Assembly (NCBI GenBank): GCA_030264375.1
Contig: JASCQW010000098.1
Coordinates: forward strand, 3,455,471 to 3,519,470
DNA: 64,000 nt
Direction of reading: 5' to 3'
Source of the DNA: Carcharhinus longimanus
Lineage: Eukaryota
The position numbers and the translations under genes are program-made. Below the pieces are notes generated by a model that had not been told where the DNA came from, did no database searches, and worked only from the letters and a program-made list of their open reading frames with translations. Below are positions 1-11,924 of this stretch, in pieces; the first letter of the stretch is position 1, and each line of letters starts with the position of its first letter.

Positions 1-499
1 AATAGGATGGGAATATAGGGAAGGGTAGAGGGTTTTAGTTCAGTTGGGCAGCATAGGTGGTGCAGGCTTAGAGAGCCAAAGTGCCTGTTCCTGTGTTCTT
101 CTTTGTACTCATGATGTGGTATAAATTGGAGATTTTCTGCCTGTGCAGATATGCTTTGATGAACAAAGTAAGGAGTACATTTGTATGCCATTGGTGCAAG
201 CTTCACCCAGCTCTACAGCATATATTAGGAAGGAGAATCATCAACAATTTCCTAATATGCATTCCTAACAGATCAAGTTCTGAATCAGGAGAACACTTAC
301 CCATCAGAACTAAACTTGGAGAAGGAAGAATAGTTCTCTCAAACATAAAAATTAAAAGTACACACTTAAAATGGAAGTAGGGTTTAAGTATGTTCTGCCC
401 AAAGAACTCCCATTTTGGTACAGAATGGCACCTATACTGAAAATTCCAATGATTCATTAAAAGATTATTCACTTAATTACCAATATGCATTCTCTTAAA

Positions 500-860
500 T
501 AAAAGCAGAATACTGGATGCTGGAAAGCTGAAACAAAGACAGAAAGTTCTGGAAAAATTAAGCAGGTGGAATTTTACAGCCTCACTCGTCCTGAAACTGC
601 AAAATCCTGCCTGAGGTCAATGGACCTTTCCATTGTCCGCTCCTCATCTGCTCCATGGTGGGCGGGGCAGTAAAATTCCAGCCTGCAGGTCTGGGAGTGT
701 CTGTGGAGCAAGAAACAGAGTTAAGCTATCAAGTCTAATATGACCCTTCTTCAGATCCTAGGAACAACCATATGGACTCGAAACGTTAACTCTGTTTTTC
801 CCTCTCTCCACAGATACTACCAGACCCACCGAACTTATCCAGCATTTTTTGCTTTGTGTT
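500..860. mobile_element. Two inverted Penelope-like terminal fragments with a nested MITE (567-680)
   Basis: 690-745 and 770-855 are mutually inverted relatives of the 6155-6250 element. The MITE has 11-bp terminal inverted repeats TGGAATTTTAC / GTAAAATTCCA. Confidence 0.55.
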
Positions 861-879
861 CTCTCAAGGACGACCTATG

Positions 880-1312
880 TTCTTCTGAGTCAAAAGGCTG
901 TGTGTTTGAAAACACTTGAAGACAGTACTTAGGGAGTGCTACACCGTCAGAGATGCCATCTTTCCGGTGAGATGTTTAATGCAAGGCCCAAGTGCCCTCT
1001 CAGCTGGGTGTAAAAGACCTCAAGGTTTTTGAGTCACAGGAAAGCAGAGGAGGTATCTCCAGGGTCATGGCCGATATGTATCCCTCAGCCAGCATTCCTG
1101 GAAAAACAGATTAGCTAATCATTTACCTCACTGCTGTTTGTGGAACTTTGCTACATGCAAATTCGCTAACATATTTCTGAAAGACTGAACATCCGACAGT
1201 GTCCTGAACACTGAGTGCCAGCATAGATTTTAAAGTACTCAATTGGCTGAAAAGCGTTTTGGGGTGTCCTGGATTGTGAGTGATGCTATAAACATGCAAG
1301 TTCTTTCTTTCC
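880..1312 (+). mobile_element. Deu-domain SINE (SacSINE1/AmnSINE1-like), decayed
   Basis: Recognisable Deu-domain (GGGAGTGCT...GATGCCATCTTT...GTAAAAGA...CAGATTA...CTGCTGTTTGTGG) and TGCAAGTTCTTTCTTT tail. Partial copies at ~4960-5170 (+), ~11455-11600 (-), ~14545-14680 (+) and ~53350-53450 (-). Confidence 0.7.
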
Positions 1313-1344
1313 TCATCAATTATGGCACTTTTATTAAAAAGAAA

Positions 1345-1580
1345 TACATAGAATCATAGAATCCCTACAGTTTGGAAGGATGCCATTCTGTCCATTGAGC
1401 TTGCACGGACAACAATCCCTTCCACGTCCTATCCCCGTAGCCTCACACATTTACCCCTGCTAATCCCCTTGACTCTAACGGTCAGTTTAGTATGGCCAAT
1501 CCACCTAACCCACATATCTTTGGACTATAGAGGGAAACCTGAACACCTGGAGGAAACCCACGCAGACATGAGGGGAATGT
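1345..1580 (-). mobile_element. HE1-like tRNA-derived shark SINE, partial
   Basis: Shares GGCCAATCCACCTAAC...CACATCTTTGGACT...GGAGGAAACCCACGCAGAC with many other copies in the window. Confidence 0.8.
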
Positions 1581-1687
1581 GGAGTATACAATTCTACAAG
1601 AGGGTATCTTTGAACACATGTTTTCCTGGGACTTTGCCTTCCCCCTTGAACTAGTGAAGAATAACATTGTAATAGAAAACAGCTTAC

Positions 1688-1735
1688 CCGGCAGGCAATC
1701 TCTCCTCTGTTTGCAATAAGGATTTTGTCAAATGT
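1688..1735 (-). CDS. PCCA: Propionyl-CoA carboxylase alpha, coding exon 3 (TFDKILIANRGEIACR); gene continues beyond the left edge or exon 4 was not recognised
   Basis: 48-nt exon bounded by pyrimidine-rich ...cccctcag and gtaag on the minus strand. Encodes the biotin carboxylase N-terminal signature KILIANRGEIA. Phase 0 on both sides. Synteny with ZIC2/ZIC5 favours PCCA over other biotin carboxylases. Confidence 0.95.
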
Positions 1736-2563
1736 CTGAGGGGAAGACAAACACCAAAAAGAAAGTAATTTAACAACTAAAGAATAGGGTTTGGTAATTG
1801 CTCTAAAGTTAACATCAATAGTTAACAAAGTAAAATGAATGTGTCATTCCCACCGAATTTACTCATATTCTCCCATCTTCTCGTGACTCTATTTAAGTCT
1901 ACCAGCTCTGGCTGCTTTCAAGTAGCTGGTCCAAGAGGACATTATTGACATGCTTCACTCAGCCATCTGTTGATCATTAGACTGCAATCAGGCACATGAG
2001 GGTGCGATTTCCCCCCTCCTTTATCTAAAGGAGCTGAGTCAATGCGTATATCTCTACTAATTAACTGAAACAGCAGAAATCTGGCCCAATATTCTTTTCA
2101 TAATCTTATTTGTCCTTTAATTATCTTTTCTACATGCATTCCCAATATTGTAGATCCAAGTGTGCACTCTCCTGGCTCGTTCTAACCCTCCAATATTAAT
2201 CCTATTTTATGAGTTTATTTTCTTTCATTGTTGCTTGCCAAGATATGTCACTTCACATTTCTCTACACTGAACAACGTCTGCCGTCTGTTTGCCCATTCC
2301 ACTAACCTATGCTCTCCTTCAGTTCTCTCTTGCTCAATTTGCCTTGCCTTTATAATTTGGTAGCTGCAAATTTAGATACCTTTCCTTCTGTAGCTGTGAC
2401 CAAATTATCTTCAGAAATGGATAAAAACAAAAATCATTGTGTGTGGATCTATCAGTGACTATCTTATGTTTATGGCCCCAAGTGTTGGTCTAGCCACAGG
2501 TGGAAACATCTTCTCTACATGTGCCCTGTTAAACCCTTAGGAGATCTAACAAGCAGAACTTAC

Positions 2564-2641
2564 TGGTTCATTTGGATCATAAACTGTGGAGTACAACACA
2601 CGAGACACAGCAAAGCTGTACCTGGAGCGAAATGACGCATG
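2564..2641 (-). CDS. PCCA: PCCA coding exon 2 (HASFRSRYSFAVSRVLYSTVYDPNEP)
   Basis: 78-nt open exon between ...tttttctag and gtaagt. Ends in YDPNE, which precedes TFDKIL in vertebrate PCCA. In frame with exons 1 and 3. Confidence 0.9.
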
Positions 2642-3299
2642 CTAGAAAAACAAACATAAATCACTTGATTAGAATCAGTGAAATCAGGATAACATTCANN
2701 NNNNNNNNNNNNNNNNGCAACTTTATATTTACATAGGGCTTTTAATGTAGCAGAACAGAGCAAGCTGCTTCAGAGGAGAGATGAAACACCAAAGGGAATA
2801 TTAAGATGGGTTACCATAAGCTTGATCACAGATCTAAGTTTTGAGAAGCATCTTGGAGGAGGAGGAAGAGCGATAGAGGGGATTCAGGGGTTATGCATGT
2901 AGGAACAGGAAGCTATTCAACCCTCTGAAATAAATCATAACTAATCTGTATTTATATCCATCATCCCATCTCATAGGAAACAGGAGCAGGAGTGGAACTG
3001 AGCCTTCTCAGCCACTCAAATAGATCATCTTGTCATAGTCACCATTATTGAGACCAGCTTTCAACTCCAGATTTTATTAATTGAATTTAAATTCCAGCAA
3101 CTGCCATGGTGGGATTTGATCCCATGTTCCCAGAGCAGTAGCATGGGCCTCTGGATTAGACATCACCACTACACAACTGTCTCACCCGAAAGGATGTAAA
3201 ACCAGGACACCTAGACTCAGGAGAAAGGGTTGGTCGTTCAGGATTGAGCTGAGGAGCAATTTCTTCAATCAAAGGGTTATCAATCTTTGCAATTCCTAC

Positions 3300-4560
3300 C
3301 ATTATTCTTATGAAACTCATCTACAAACTCTGTGTGCTGGGCACATCTTTTTCCTCTGCGAATGGATTCTGAACTTCCTAACCTACAGACCACAATCAGT
3401 GAGGATAAACAACAACACCACCTCCACAATTATCCTCAACACTGGTGCCCCACAAGGCTGTGTTTTCAGCCTCCTACTATACTTCTTATACAACGTGTGG
3501 CAAAATTCTCTTCCAACTTGATTTTCAGGTTTGCTGATAACGCCACCATAATGGGACGGATCTCAAATAATGACAAAACAGAGTACAGGAGTGAGAGAGA
3601 GAATTTAGTGAACTGGTGCAGCGACAATAGTCTCTCCCTCAATGTCAACAAAATGAAGGAGAAAGTCATTTACATCAGGAAGCGTAGCGGAGGACATGCC
3701 CCTGTCCAGATCAATGGAAGTCATGATGTGGAGATGCCAGCGTTGGACTGGGGTAAAACCAGAAAGAAGTCTCACAACACCAGCTTAAAGTCCCACCCAC
3801 CTGATGAAGGAACAGCGTGTTCTGAAAGCTTGTGGCATTTGCTACAAATAAATCTGTTGGACTTTAAGATGGTGTTCTTCTTTACATCAATGGAGACAAA
3901 GACGAAATGGTCGAGAGCTTCAGGTTTGTAGGTGTCCAGATCACCAACAACCTGTTCTGGTCGCCCCCATGCCAACACTATTGTTAAGAAAATCCACCGA
4001 TGCCTCTACTTTCTCAGAAGACTAAGAAAATTTGGCATGTCCGCTACGATTCTCACCAACTTTTACAGATGCACCATAAAAAGCATTCTTTCTGATTGTA
4101 TCACAGCTTGGTATGGCTCCTGTTCTGCCCAAGACTGCAAGGAACTATAAAAGGTCACAAATGTAGCCCAATCCATCACACAAGCCAGCCTCCCATCTAC
4201 TGACTCTGTCTACACTTCCCGCTGCCTTGGCAAAGCAGCCAGCATAATTAAGAACCTCACGCACCCGGACATTCTCTCTTCCACCTTCTTCCTTCAGGAA
4301 AAAGATACAAAAGTCTGAGGTCACGTACCAACCAACTCAAGAACAGCTTCGTCCCTGCTGCTATCAAACTGTTGAATGGACCTACCTCGTGTTAAGCCGA
4401 TCTTTTTCTACACCCTAGCTGTGACTATAACACTATAACACTACATTCTGCACTCTCCTTTCCTTCTCTAATGAAAGGTATGCTTTGTCTATATAGCTTG
4501 GAAAAAAAACAATATTTTTCACTGTATACTAACACATGTGACAATAATAAATCAAATCAA
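3300..4560 (+). mobile_element. Decayed non-LTR retrotransposon 3' half (Rex1/Babar-like RT), interrupted at ~3722-3890
   Basis: Frameshifted RT motifs GAPQGCV, RFADNATIMGRIS and RCLYFLRRLRKFGM...FYRCTIKSIL. Ends in AATAAT(AAATC)n. Confidence 0.8.
3797..3835 (+). ncRNA. Minimal type I hammerhead ribozyme motif in a Penelope-like repeat fragment
   Basis: CCAC-CUGAUGA-A-[GGAACA gcg UGUUCU]-GAAA-GC-UU-GUGG: stem I, intact core, 6-bp stem II, and a palindromic AGCU in place of stem III. Confidence 0.75.
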
Positions 4561-4841
4561 CTTATTTTTCCCACAGAGCTGCAGACATTGAGTACAGTCA
4601 AGGCCAAGTTTTGAGCAGTAGAGAGGCTGAGATATGGCACAGAGCAAGAAAGTGGAGTTGGCATAATACTTCATCCAAGGGCTCATTGACTGGGTAAACT
4701 CGAGGGGCTTTATGACCTTGTCCACTATTACTTCTTATATTCATAAATTGAGGCCCTGTCTGCTCTCTCTGGCATACAGAAAAGAAGTAAGAAGTCTGAC
4801 AACACCAGGTTTAAGTCCAACCAATTTATTTGATAGTAAAC

Positions 4842-4877
4842 TCACAAGCTTTCGGTGTTTGCCCCTTCGTCAGGTGA
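4842..4877 (-). ncRNA. Minimal hammerhead motif, sense to PCCA intron 1
   Basis: UCAC-CUGACGA-A-[GGGG caaa CACC]-GAAA-GC-UU-GUGA. Core intact; stem II has one mismatch. Confidence 0.65.
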
Positions 4878-6211
4878 AACCTGACATTCAACTGATGAAG
4901 GGGCAAACACAGCATCTCCACATCATACAGAAAAGAGCCCACAGCATAATTTGAAGAACAGCAGAGGAGTGCTCCCTGATGTGGCGGCCAACATTTTTCT
5001 CCCAACTAACACACAAAGACAGATATATCTGGTCATTTATTTCACTGCTGTTTGTTGTTGCACCTTGACTGCCACTTTTTCCATTATACCATAGTGAATG
5101 GACCTCAAAAGCATTCAATAGACTATCAAGTGCTTTGGGCCAACCTGAGATCATGAAAGGCAGCTCCTCCAAAACAACAATAATTTCCTCAGTACAACTG
5201 TCTATCTTGTTATGCATAATAAATTGCATTGAACTGCCAAAAACAATTCTTTTTATTCCACAGGATGTGCGTGTCACTGGCTATTGCAGCATTAATTGCC
5301 CGTCCTTCATTGCCTCAGGAATGTGGTGAGCTACTTTCTTGAACTGCTGCAGTCTCTGTGTTGTAGGTACACCAACACTGCTGTTAGGGAGGGAATTCCC
5401 GGATTTTGACCCAGCAACAGTGAAGGAACAGCAATATACTCCCAAATCAAAAGGGTCTGGAGGGATACTTGAAGATGTTCCTAAGTGTCTGCTGCCCTTG
5501 TCCTTCCAGGCTGGTAGAGGTCAGGAGAGTTTGGAAGGTACTGTTGAAGGAACCTTGGTGAGTTACTGCAGCGTATGTTGCAGTTATATTTTGGGAGCAT
5601 TTGGTACCATATTCTCCGGCAATCTTTACTTCCCGTAACCTGAAAGTTGTGCTCTATGATCTGCTATCAAGGATCTGCATATTCAGGAATCTAACAACTA
5701 TCCCATTTGCTGTCATCCGCTCACTGGAGTTAATAATTTTATTCTACACCATCCAATTCTCTTTGAGATCATACACATCACCACCCGCAAACACACAGCA
5801 GAAGCTTAAAGATTAAAGCCACTTTTACATTGACTTTCAAATGGTGATATGAAGCATTAGAAGCAGCACTAAAATTACGGTACATTTATAAAAATACATT
5901 GGCAACATCTGTAATTAGCCACTGGGAAAAACAGCAACTGTTCTAGTTCAGTTAAATTAATCTGTTAATATGGTAAGATAAATTCAGCACATTCCACTGT
6001 CCATCAACTCGCCAACTTCAAGCTTAAAATCTCAATGAGACCTTCACAATCTGCTCTGGCCAACAATTTCCAAAAGAAATCTGCTGTCTTCTGATAAGTG
6101 CACCACTTCTTGACAGCACACTGCCAGGGGCCCGAGTTCAATTCCCAGACCCAAAAGAGAAAATGCTGGAAAATCTCAGCAGATCTGGCAGCATCCGTAA
6201 GGAGAGAAAAG

Positions 6212-6250
6212 AGCTGATGTTTCAAGTCCAGACGACCCCTTATCAAAGCT
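6212..6250 (-). ncRNA. Hammerhead motif with U3:A8 variant core, sense to PCCA intron 1
   Basis: AGCU-UUGAUAA-G-[GGGUC gucug GACUU]-GAAA-CA-UC-AGCU. Confidence 0.55.
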
Positions 6251-6419
6251 AAAAGGCAGAGAAAGTGGGAGATATTTATACTGCAAGCTGAGGAAATGAA
6301 GAATGAGTCATAGCAACAGAAACAGGGAAACCAGTTAATAGCTGTCCACAGAGAGAATGAAGGGTGTGAATGGTCAAATGGCAAATAAAAGGAAGATGTT
6401 GGGGGAAGAGTGGGAAAGA

Positions 6420-6730
6420 AATGCATAGAAAGCAGTGCAGAAAGAGGCCATTCAGCCCATCGAGTCTGCACCGACAGCAATTCCACCCAGGCTGTATCCC
6501 CACATATTCACCCGCTAATCCCTCTAACCTACGCATTCCAGGGCACTAAGGGACAATTTAGCTTGGCCAATCCACCTAACCCGCACATCTTTGGACTGTG
6601 GGAGGAAACCCACGCAGACACGGGGAGAACATGCAAACTCTGCACAGACAGCGACCTGAGCCAGGAATCGAACCCAGGTCCCTGGAGCTGTGAAACAACA
6701 GTGCCATCCACTATGCTACCGTGCCACCCC
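6420..6730 (-). mobile_element. HE1-like SINE, near full length
   Basis: tRNA-like head with B-box GGTTCGATTCC on the minus strand, conserved core, and LINE-derived tail. Confidence 0.85.
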
Positions 6731-6924
6731 AAAATGAAGAAAGACAATAAAGAAATAAAAGGTTGAGTACAGTTAAAAAATTAAATAAAATAGAATGAAA
6801 ACAAAAGGGTAGAGATGGGGTAGAACAAATCATCTAAAATTGTTGAATTCAACGTTGAGACCAGAAGGCTGTGAAGTGCCTGGCCGGAAGATAAGATGCT
6901 GCTCCTCCAGCTTGTGTTGAAATT

Positions 6925-7150
6925 CCTGGCTTGGGTCACTGTCTGTGCAGATCTGCTTGTTCTCCCTGTGTCTGTGTGGGTTTCCTCTGGTTCCGTCCCA
7001 CAGTCAAAAGACATGCTGATTAGTGCATTAGCTATGCTGAATTGTCCCTCAGTGTACCTGAACAGGCGCCGAAGTGTGGCAATTGGAGGATTTTTACAGT
7101 AACTTCATTGCAATGTGAATGTAAGTTACTTGTGACCCTAATAAATAAAC
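6925..7150 (+). mobile_element. HE1-related SINE, alternative-tail subfamily
   Basis: Same core, with a different tail ...CAGTAACTTCATTGCA...CTTGTGAC..AATAAA also seen at 12500-12810 and 13103-13360. Confidence 0.75.
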
Positions 7151-7319
7151 TTTTAAAACAACTCTCATAAGCTGGGTTTTTCCTCCACCACCAAACAAAA
7201 CCAAAGAATATTTAATTCAATTAAAAACAAGAGGCAATTCTCAAAATTAATTGATGTAATTCTGATTTATAAACTACTTGCATGTCTAGACTCAATGTAC
7301 AAGCCACATCATTTTGATC

Positions 7320-7690
7320 ATAAGGACATAAGAACGTAAGAAATAGGAGCAGGAGTAGGCCATCTAGCCCTTCGAGCCTGCCCCCCCCNNNNNNNNNNNN
7401 NNNNNNNNNNNNNNNNNNNNNNNNNNNNNNNNNNNNNNNNNNNNNNNNNNNNNNNNNNNNNNNNNNNNNNNNNNNNNNNNNNNNNNNNTCTCCTTTATTT
7501 CCTTCGATAACCACGGCTGGTTATCCCTTCTCCTACAGTCCTTCTTTACCATCGGAATATATTTCCGCTGAATACTGAAAAAGATCTCCTTAAAAATCCT
7601 CCGCTGTTCCTCAGCCGTCCTACCAACCAATCTGCGCCCCCAATCTATATTCGCCAATTCCGCTCTCATCCTATCAGTCCTTTGAATTGT
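7320..7690 (-). mobile_element. CR1/HER1-like LINE fragments flanking a gap
   Basis: ORF2 segment MRAELANIDW...QPWLSKEIKE and the CR1 3' tail CCTACTCCTGCTCCTATTTCTTA. Confidence 0.75.
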
Positions 7691-7992
7691 GCTGTGGGAT
7701 GTCAATGGAACCACCCACTAATTAAACCAAACCACTCCAATCTCAGATAGTGTGAACAATGTCACAATAACAAATAACTTAGACTGTCACTGATATGTTT
7801 TGATGCAGCTTGGAATATAAGAGAGGGAAATAAACCCACTAATTGTTCCAGAAAATTCAAATCACAAGCCACAATCAGTCCCCCACAGGATCAGGTTTGC
7901 CAAACTCTGGATAGACCTATTCCTGAAGGCTTATTTACAGGACCTCCCAGCTCCAACCGCCAGTCAAGTCAAAGAGCCTTTTACCCCATCTT

Positions 7993-8295
7993 CATAGAAT
8001 CCCTGCAGTTCAGAAGGAGGCTATTTAGCCCATCAAATCTGCACTGACTATAATCCCAACCAAGCCCTATTCCTGTAACCCCATACATTTACCTTGCTAA
8101 TCCCCATGACGTGAGGGTCAATTTAGCATGGCCAATCCACCTAACCTGCACATCATTGGACTGTGAGAGGAAACAGAGCATCCGGAGGAAACCCACACAG
8201 ACACAGGGAGAATGTGCAAACTCCACACCGACAGTCATCCAAGCCAAGAATCGAACCTGAGTCCCTGGCGCTATGAGGCAGCAGTGCTAACCACT
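7993..8295 (-). mobile_element. HE1-like SINE
   Basis: Aligns by eye with 6420-6730. Confidence 0.85.
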
Positions 8296-9279
8296 AATCT
8301 CGGCTATATTTACAATTAAAGTGTTCAAAGAAAATGAGAAAAGACAAAAGCTCCTTTGAATTTTCTCACAAGGTTGGTCATAGCAATGTCCACAGAATCA
8401 GAACGCAACAGAAGCCATGAGTTAAATGTGTTTACCCCTTGAGACAAACTCAGTTTAAACCTTCCTGCACCTCTGTCAAGTTCAGGAATCTGATCATCAG
8501 CAGGTTCAAGAGGTCATGTATAGGTTTGCTTGGCAATAAAGCTCTTTCCATATTTAACATCAAACCATATCAGTGTCAGAGGGTTTCCCCTCAATTCTCT
8601 CTCCTTCCAAAAGCACTAACTATCCAGAGTGTCATCATTGCCATTTTTCAAATCTGAACATCAACAGCGAGTGCTGGCCAGCTATTTGAACATCGGGGGG
8701 TTGGAGAGAAGCTGAAGGCATTAAACCCAATTCTGTCCTGACTTTACGTTGATGTCTCATATCCATCCAATGATAGAAGTCCACTTCCATATGTTGGAAC
8801 AATGATCAAGAGACAGAACTCTTCCTGGAGACATTAGTATTCACTGGATGACCTCTGCTGCCTGAAGTACCTTGGCACTGAGAACAAAGCTGACATTTTC
8901 CAGGTCTCTATGGATCAGTCAAGACCTAAGAGTAATGTAGAGTCTTCAAGCTCATTTATAAGCAAATCACACTGGCAAACAGAAGCTGGCTGGAGGGAGG
9001 GCAGGGGAGGGGGATAGCGGCTGGCCCAGTTGGTTGGACAGCTTGGCTTTCATGCAAATCAGATTAACATCATCAGAACAGGGCTTGATACCCATTCCAA
9101 CTGAGGTAGACACAGGGTCTGCCTCCTTGCCCAACCATAACAAAATAAAGTTGTGGCATTGACCTTCAGACAGAGCAGTCAAAGAGAAAAATCATTCAGT
9201 TCTATCTGGACCCAGGCTAATGCTCTGGGGACAAGAAGCAAATTACAGGATTCGATAATGGATCTAACTATTCAATGAC

Positions 9280-9615
9280 TAGAATCATAGAAATCCTAAG
9301 TGCAGAAAGAGGCCATTTGGCCCATCGAGTCTGCACTGACCATAATCCCACCCAGGCCCCAGCCCCATATCCCTACCTATTCACCCACTAATCCCTCTAA
9401 CCTACACATCTCAGGGCTCTAAGGGGCAATTTTTAGCATGGCCAGTCAGTCTAACACGCACATCTTTAGATTGTGGGAGGAAACTGGAGCACCCAGAGGA
9501 AACCCACACAGGAACGAGGAGAATATCAAATCCACACAGTGACCCAAGCCAGGAATCGAATCCAAGTCCCTGGTGCTGTGAAGCAGCAGTGCTAACCACT
9601 GCGTTACCGTGCTAC
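9280..9615 (-). mobile_element. HE1-like SINE
   Basis: A-box-like GTGGTTAGCACTGCTGC and B-box GATTCGATTCC on the minus strand, with the same core and tail. Confidence 0.85.
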
Positions 9616-9689
9616 TATGCGACCGTGCTACAGTGCCATGTTACAGCCCAGGAGGCCACTTGTGGGTTAGGAAGTCTAGGATCCAGTCA

Positions 9690-10130
9690 CAGAGGGAGAA
9701 GCCAAGCCCCATGAAGTTTGGAGGTGAGTTTTGTAGGAATAATGGCATTAAAGGCTGAGCTATAGTCGTTAAATAGGATTCTGACATAGGTGTCTTTATT
9801 GTCTAGGTGTTCTAGGGTTGAGTGCAGGGCCAGGGAGATGGCGTCTGCTGTGGACCTGTTGCAGCTGTAGGTGAACTGTACAGGATCCAGACAATCTGGG
9901 AGGCTGGAACTGATTCATGCCATGACTAACCTTTCAAAGCACTTCATAACGATGGATGTCAGAGCCACCGGACGATCATCATTAAGGCACTCTGCTTGGC
10001 TTTTCATTGCTACCTAGATGATGGTGGTTCTTCCTGAAGCAAATAGGGTCCTCAGATTGTTATAAAGAGAGGTTGCAATTGTCTACAAACATCACCGCCA
10101 GCCAGTCCACACAGGATCTGAGTGCTCGTC
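9690..10130 (-). mobile_element. Decayed LINE RT C-terminal fragment
   Basis: Minus-strand sequence resembles non-LTR RT/tether regions ([45 protein letters not shown]). Confidence 0.65.
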
Positions 10131-11607
10131 TTATTGTTATGGCTCTGGAGTCACAAGTAGGCCAGATCAGGTAAGGACGGCAGATTTCCTTTGCTAAAGG
10201 AATCAGATGGGTTTTTCCAACAATCGACAATAGTGTCGTGGTTATCAGTAGATCCTCAATTCCAGATATTTTTACTGCATCTTTAAAGTCCCCTAACGGG
10301 ATCGAACCCGGGTCCTTAGAACATTAGCCTTTAGAGAAGGAAATCAGCCATTCATGCCCAGTCTGATCTACATGCAGAACCATAGTAATGTGGTTGACTC
10401 CTAAATGGCCTAGCAAGCCATTCAGTTCAAAGTCAATTAAGGACAGGCAACAAATGTTGGCCTTGCCAAAAATGCCCACATCCCACAAAAGAATAAAAAA
10501 GCCAGTCTGAAGGCATATGAGGTGTTGGGGTACATTCAGATGTACATAGTCACAGAGTCGTACATGACTCTTGGACAATAGAAGATGAAGCATTGGGACT
10601 TGAAACTTGTTTGAAATGCAAAGAAGGGGGCAAGAGTTTGATAAACAAATCAGATTGAAACTCTCTGAAGGTTGCGTTGTCAAGATCATCAAGATTAAAG
10701 TTTCAAAATAAATGTTACGTGTTCCCTCGTGTATACAATGAACTACTGCTCTAAATTCTATGCCTTCAATTGCTTGCTTTTATTGTTTTGAAAACAGACA
10801 TGGATACAGAATTATATTTCTAAACTATCGTATTATAGTATGATCAACAACATTCAATCTTAACAAAAACAAAGTTGGGGGGCTTCAGGATAAACATTTT
10901 TGAATGTGTTAAAACAGTGCTGTTTTCCCCCGGTTCAGTAAACAAAGATCACAAAATAGTAACATCAATACCATTCGACTCTGCAGTAAGGATGTCTCAA
11001 TTAATTATCCAGTATTACTTGATATTGGAGAACCATGCTTGCCATAAGAAAACCTTGATTCTGAGATTCAAACTTCATTTTCCACTTCAAAAACAAATTT
11101 GAAATCAGGCACTTTAAATTTATATTATCCAAGATTATTTTTACTCCACAGAAAGTATATGTATCAATGTGCGGGAGCAACAGATTATTAGGTAAATAAT
11201 AGCAAAGGCTGTAAAGGGAATGACGCATAGCTCAACAAACGTCATCTAGAACTGCCAAACCAGACAAGGGGTGAGTTTTTCCAGCCATACTTGCCCCGAA
11301 GCCAGAAAATCCCACCTGTGGTCAACAGACCTTTCCATGGTCTGCCCCTCGCTCACTACAATTCCCGTGGCGAGCAGAACGGGGAAATTCACCCTAAGAT
11401 GTTAAAACTAACCTAGATGTCACACACCCACATAAACGTAAGAAGCCATTTACCTTTTCAAACAAAATTTACATCTATAAATTGCCTTTCATGACCTCAG
11501 CACATCCTAAAGCGAGGAGTTACTTGTGAAGTGTAACCATTGACGTAACGTAAGAAACATGACATCAAATTTGTACTCAGCATAGTGATAATCTGTTTGT
11601 TCTTTAA

Positions 11608-11920
11608 TCATAGAATCCTTACTTTGCAGAAGGCAACCATTTGGCCCATCAAGCTTGCACTGACAATAATCCCACACACGCCCTATCCCCTTAACCCCAT
11701 ATATTTACCCTGCTAATCCCTCTGACACTAAGGGACAATTTAAAATGGCCAATCAACCTAGCAAGAATACCTTTGGAATGTGGGAAGAAAGCTGAACACC
11801 CAGAGGGAACCCACGCAGGCACAGGGAGAACGTGCAAACTCCATGCTGACAGTGACCTGAGGCTGGAATTGAACCCAGTTCCCAGGCTGTGAGGCAGCTG
11901 TGCTAACCACTGTGCCGCCA
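11608..11920 (-). mobile_element. HE1-like SINE
   Basis: Aligns by eye with the other copies. Confidence 0.85.
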
Positions 11921-11924
11921 AATA

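Noticed and set aside
720-790. Further hammerhead copies (720-754 minus; 770-790 plus)
   Set aside because: One has GAAA mutated to GAUA and the other lacks the CUGANGA half. They are relics, useful only as family evidence.
3332-4150. 199-aa and 72-aa ORFs as host genes
   Set aside because: Frameshifted retrotransposon RT fragments with a nested insertion.
6640-6730. tRNA genes at A/B-box-like motifs here and in similar copies
   Set aside because: They are tRNA-derived SINE heads attached to SINE bodies, with no full cloverleaf.
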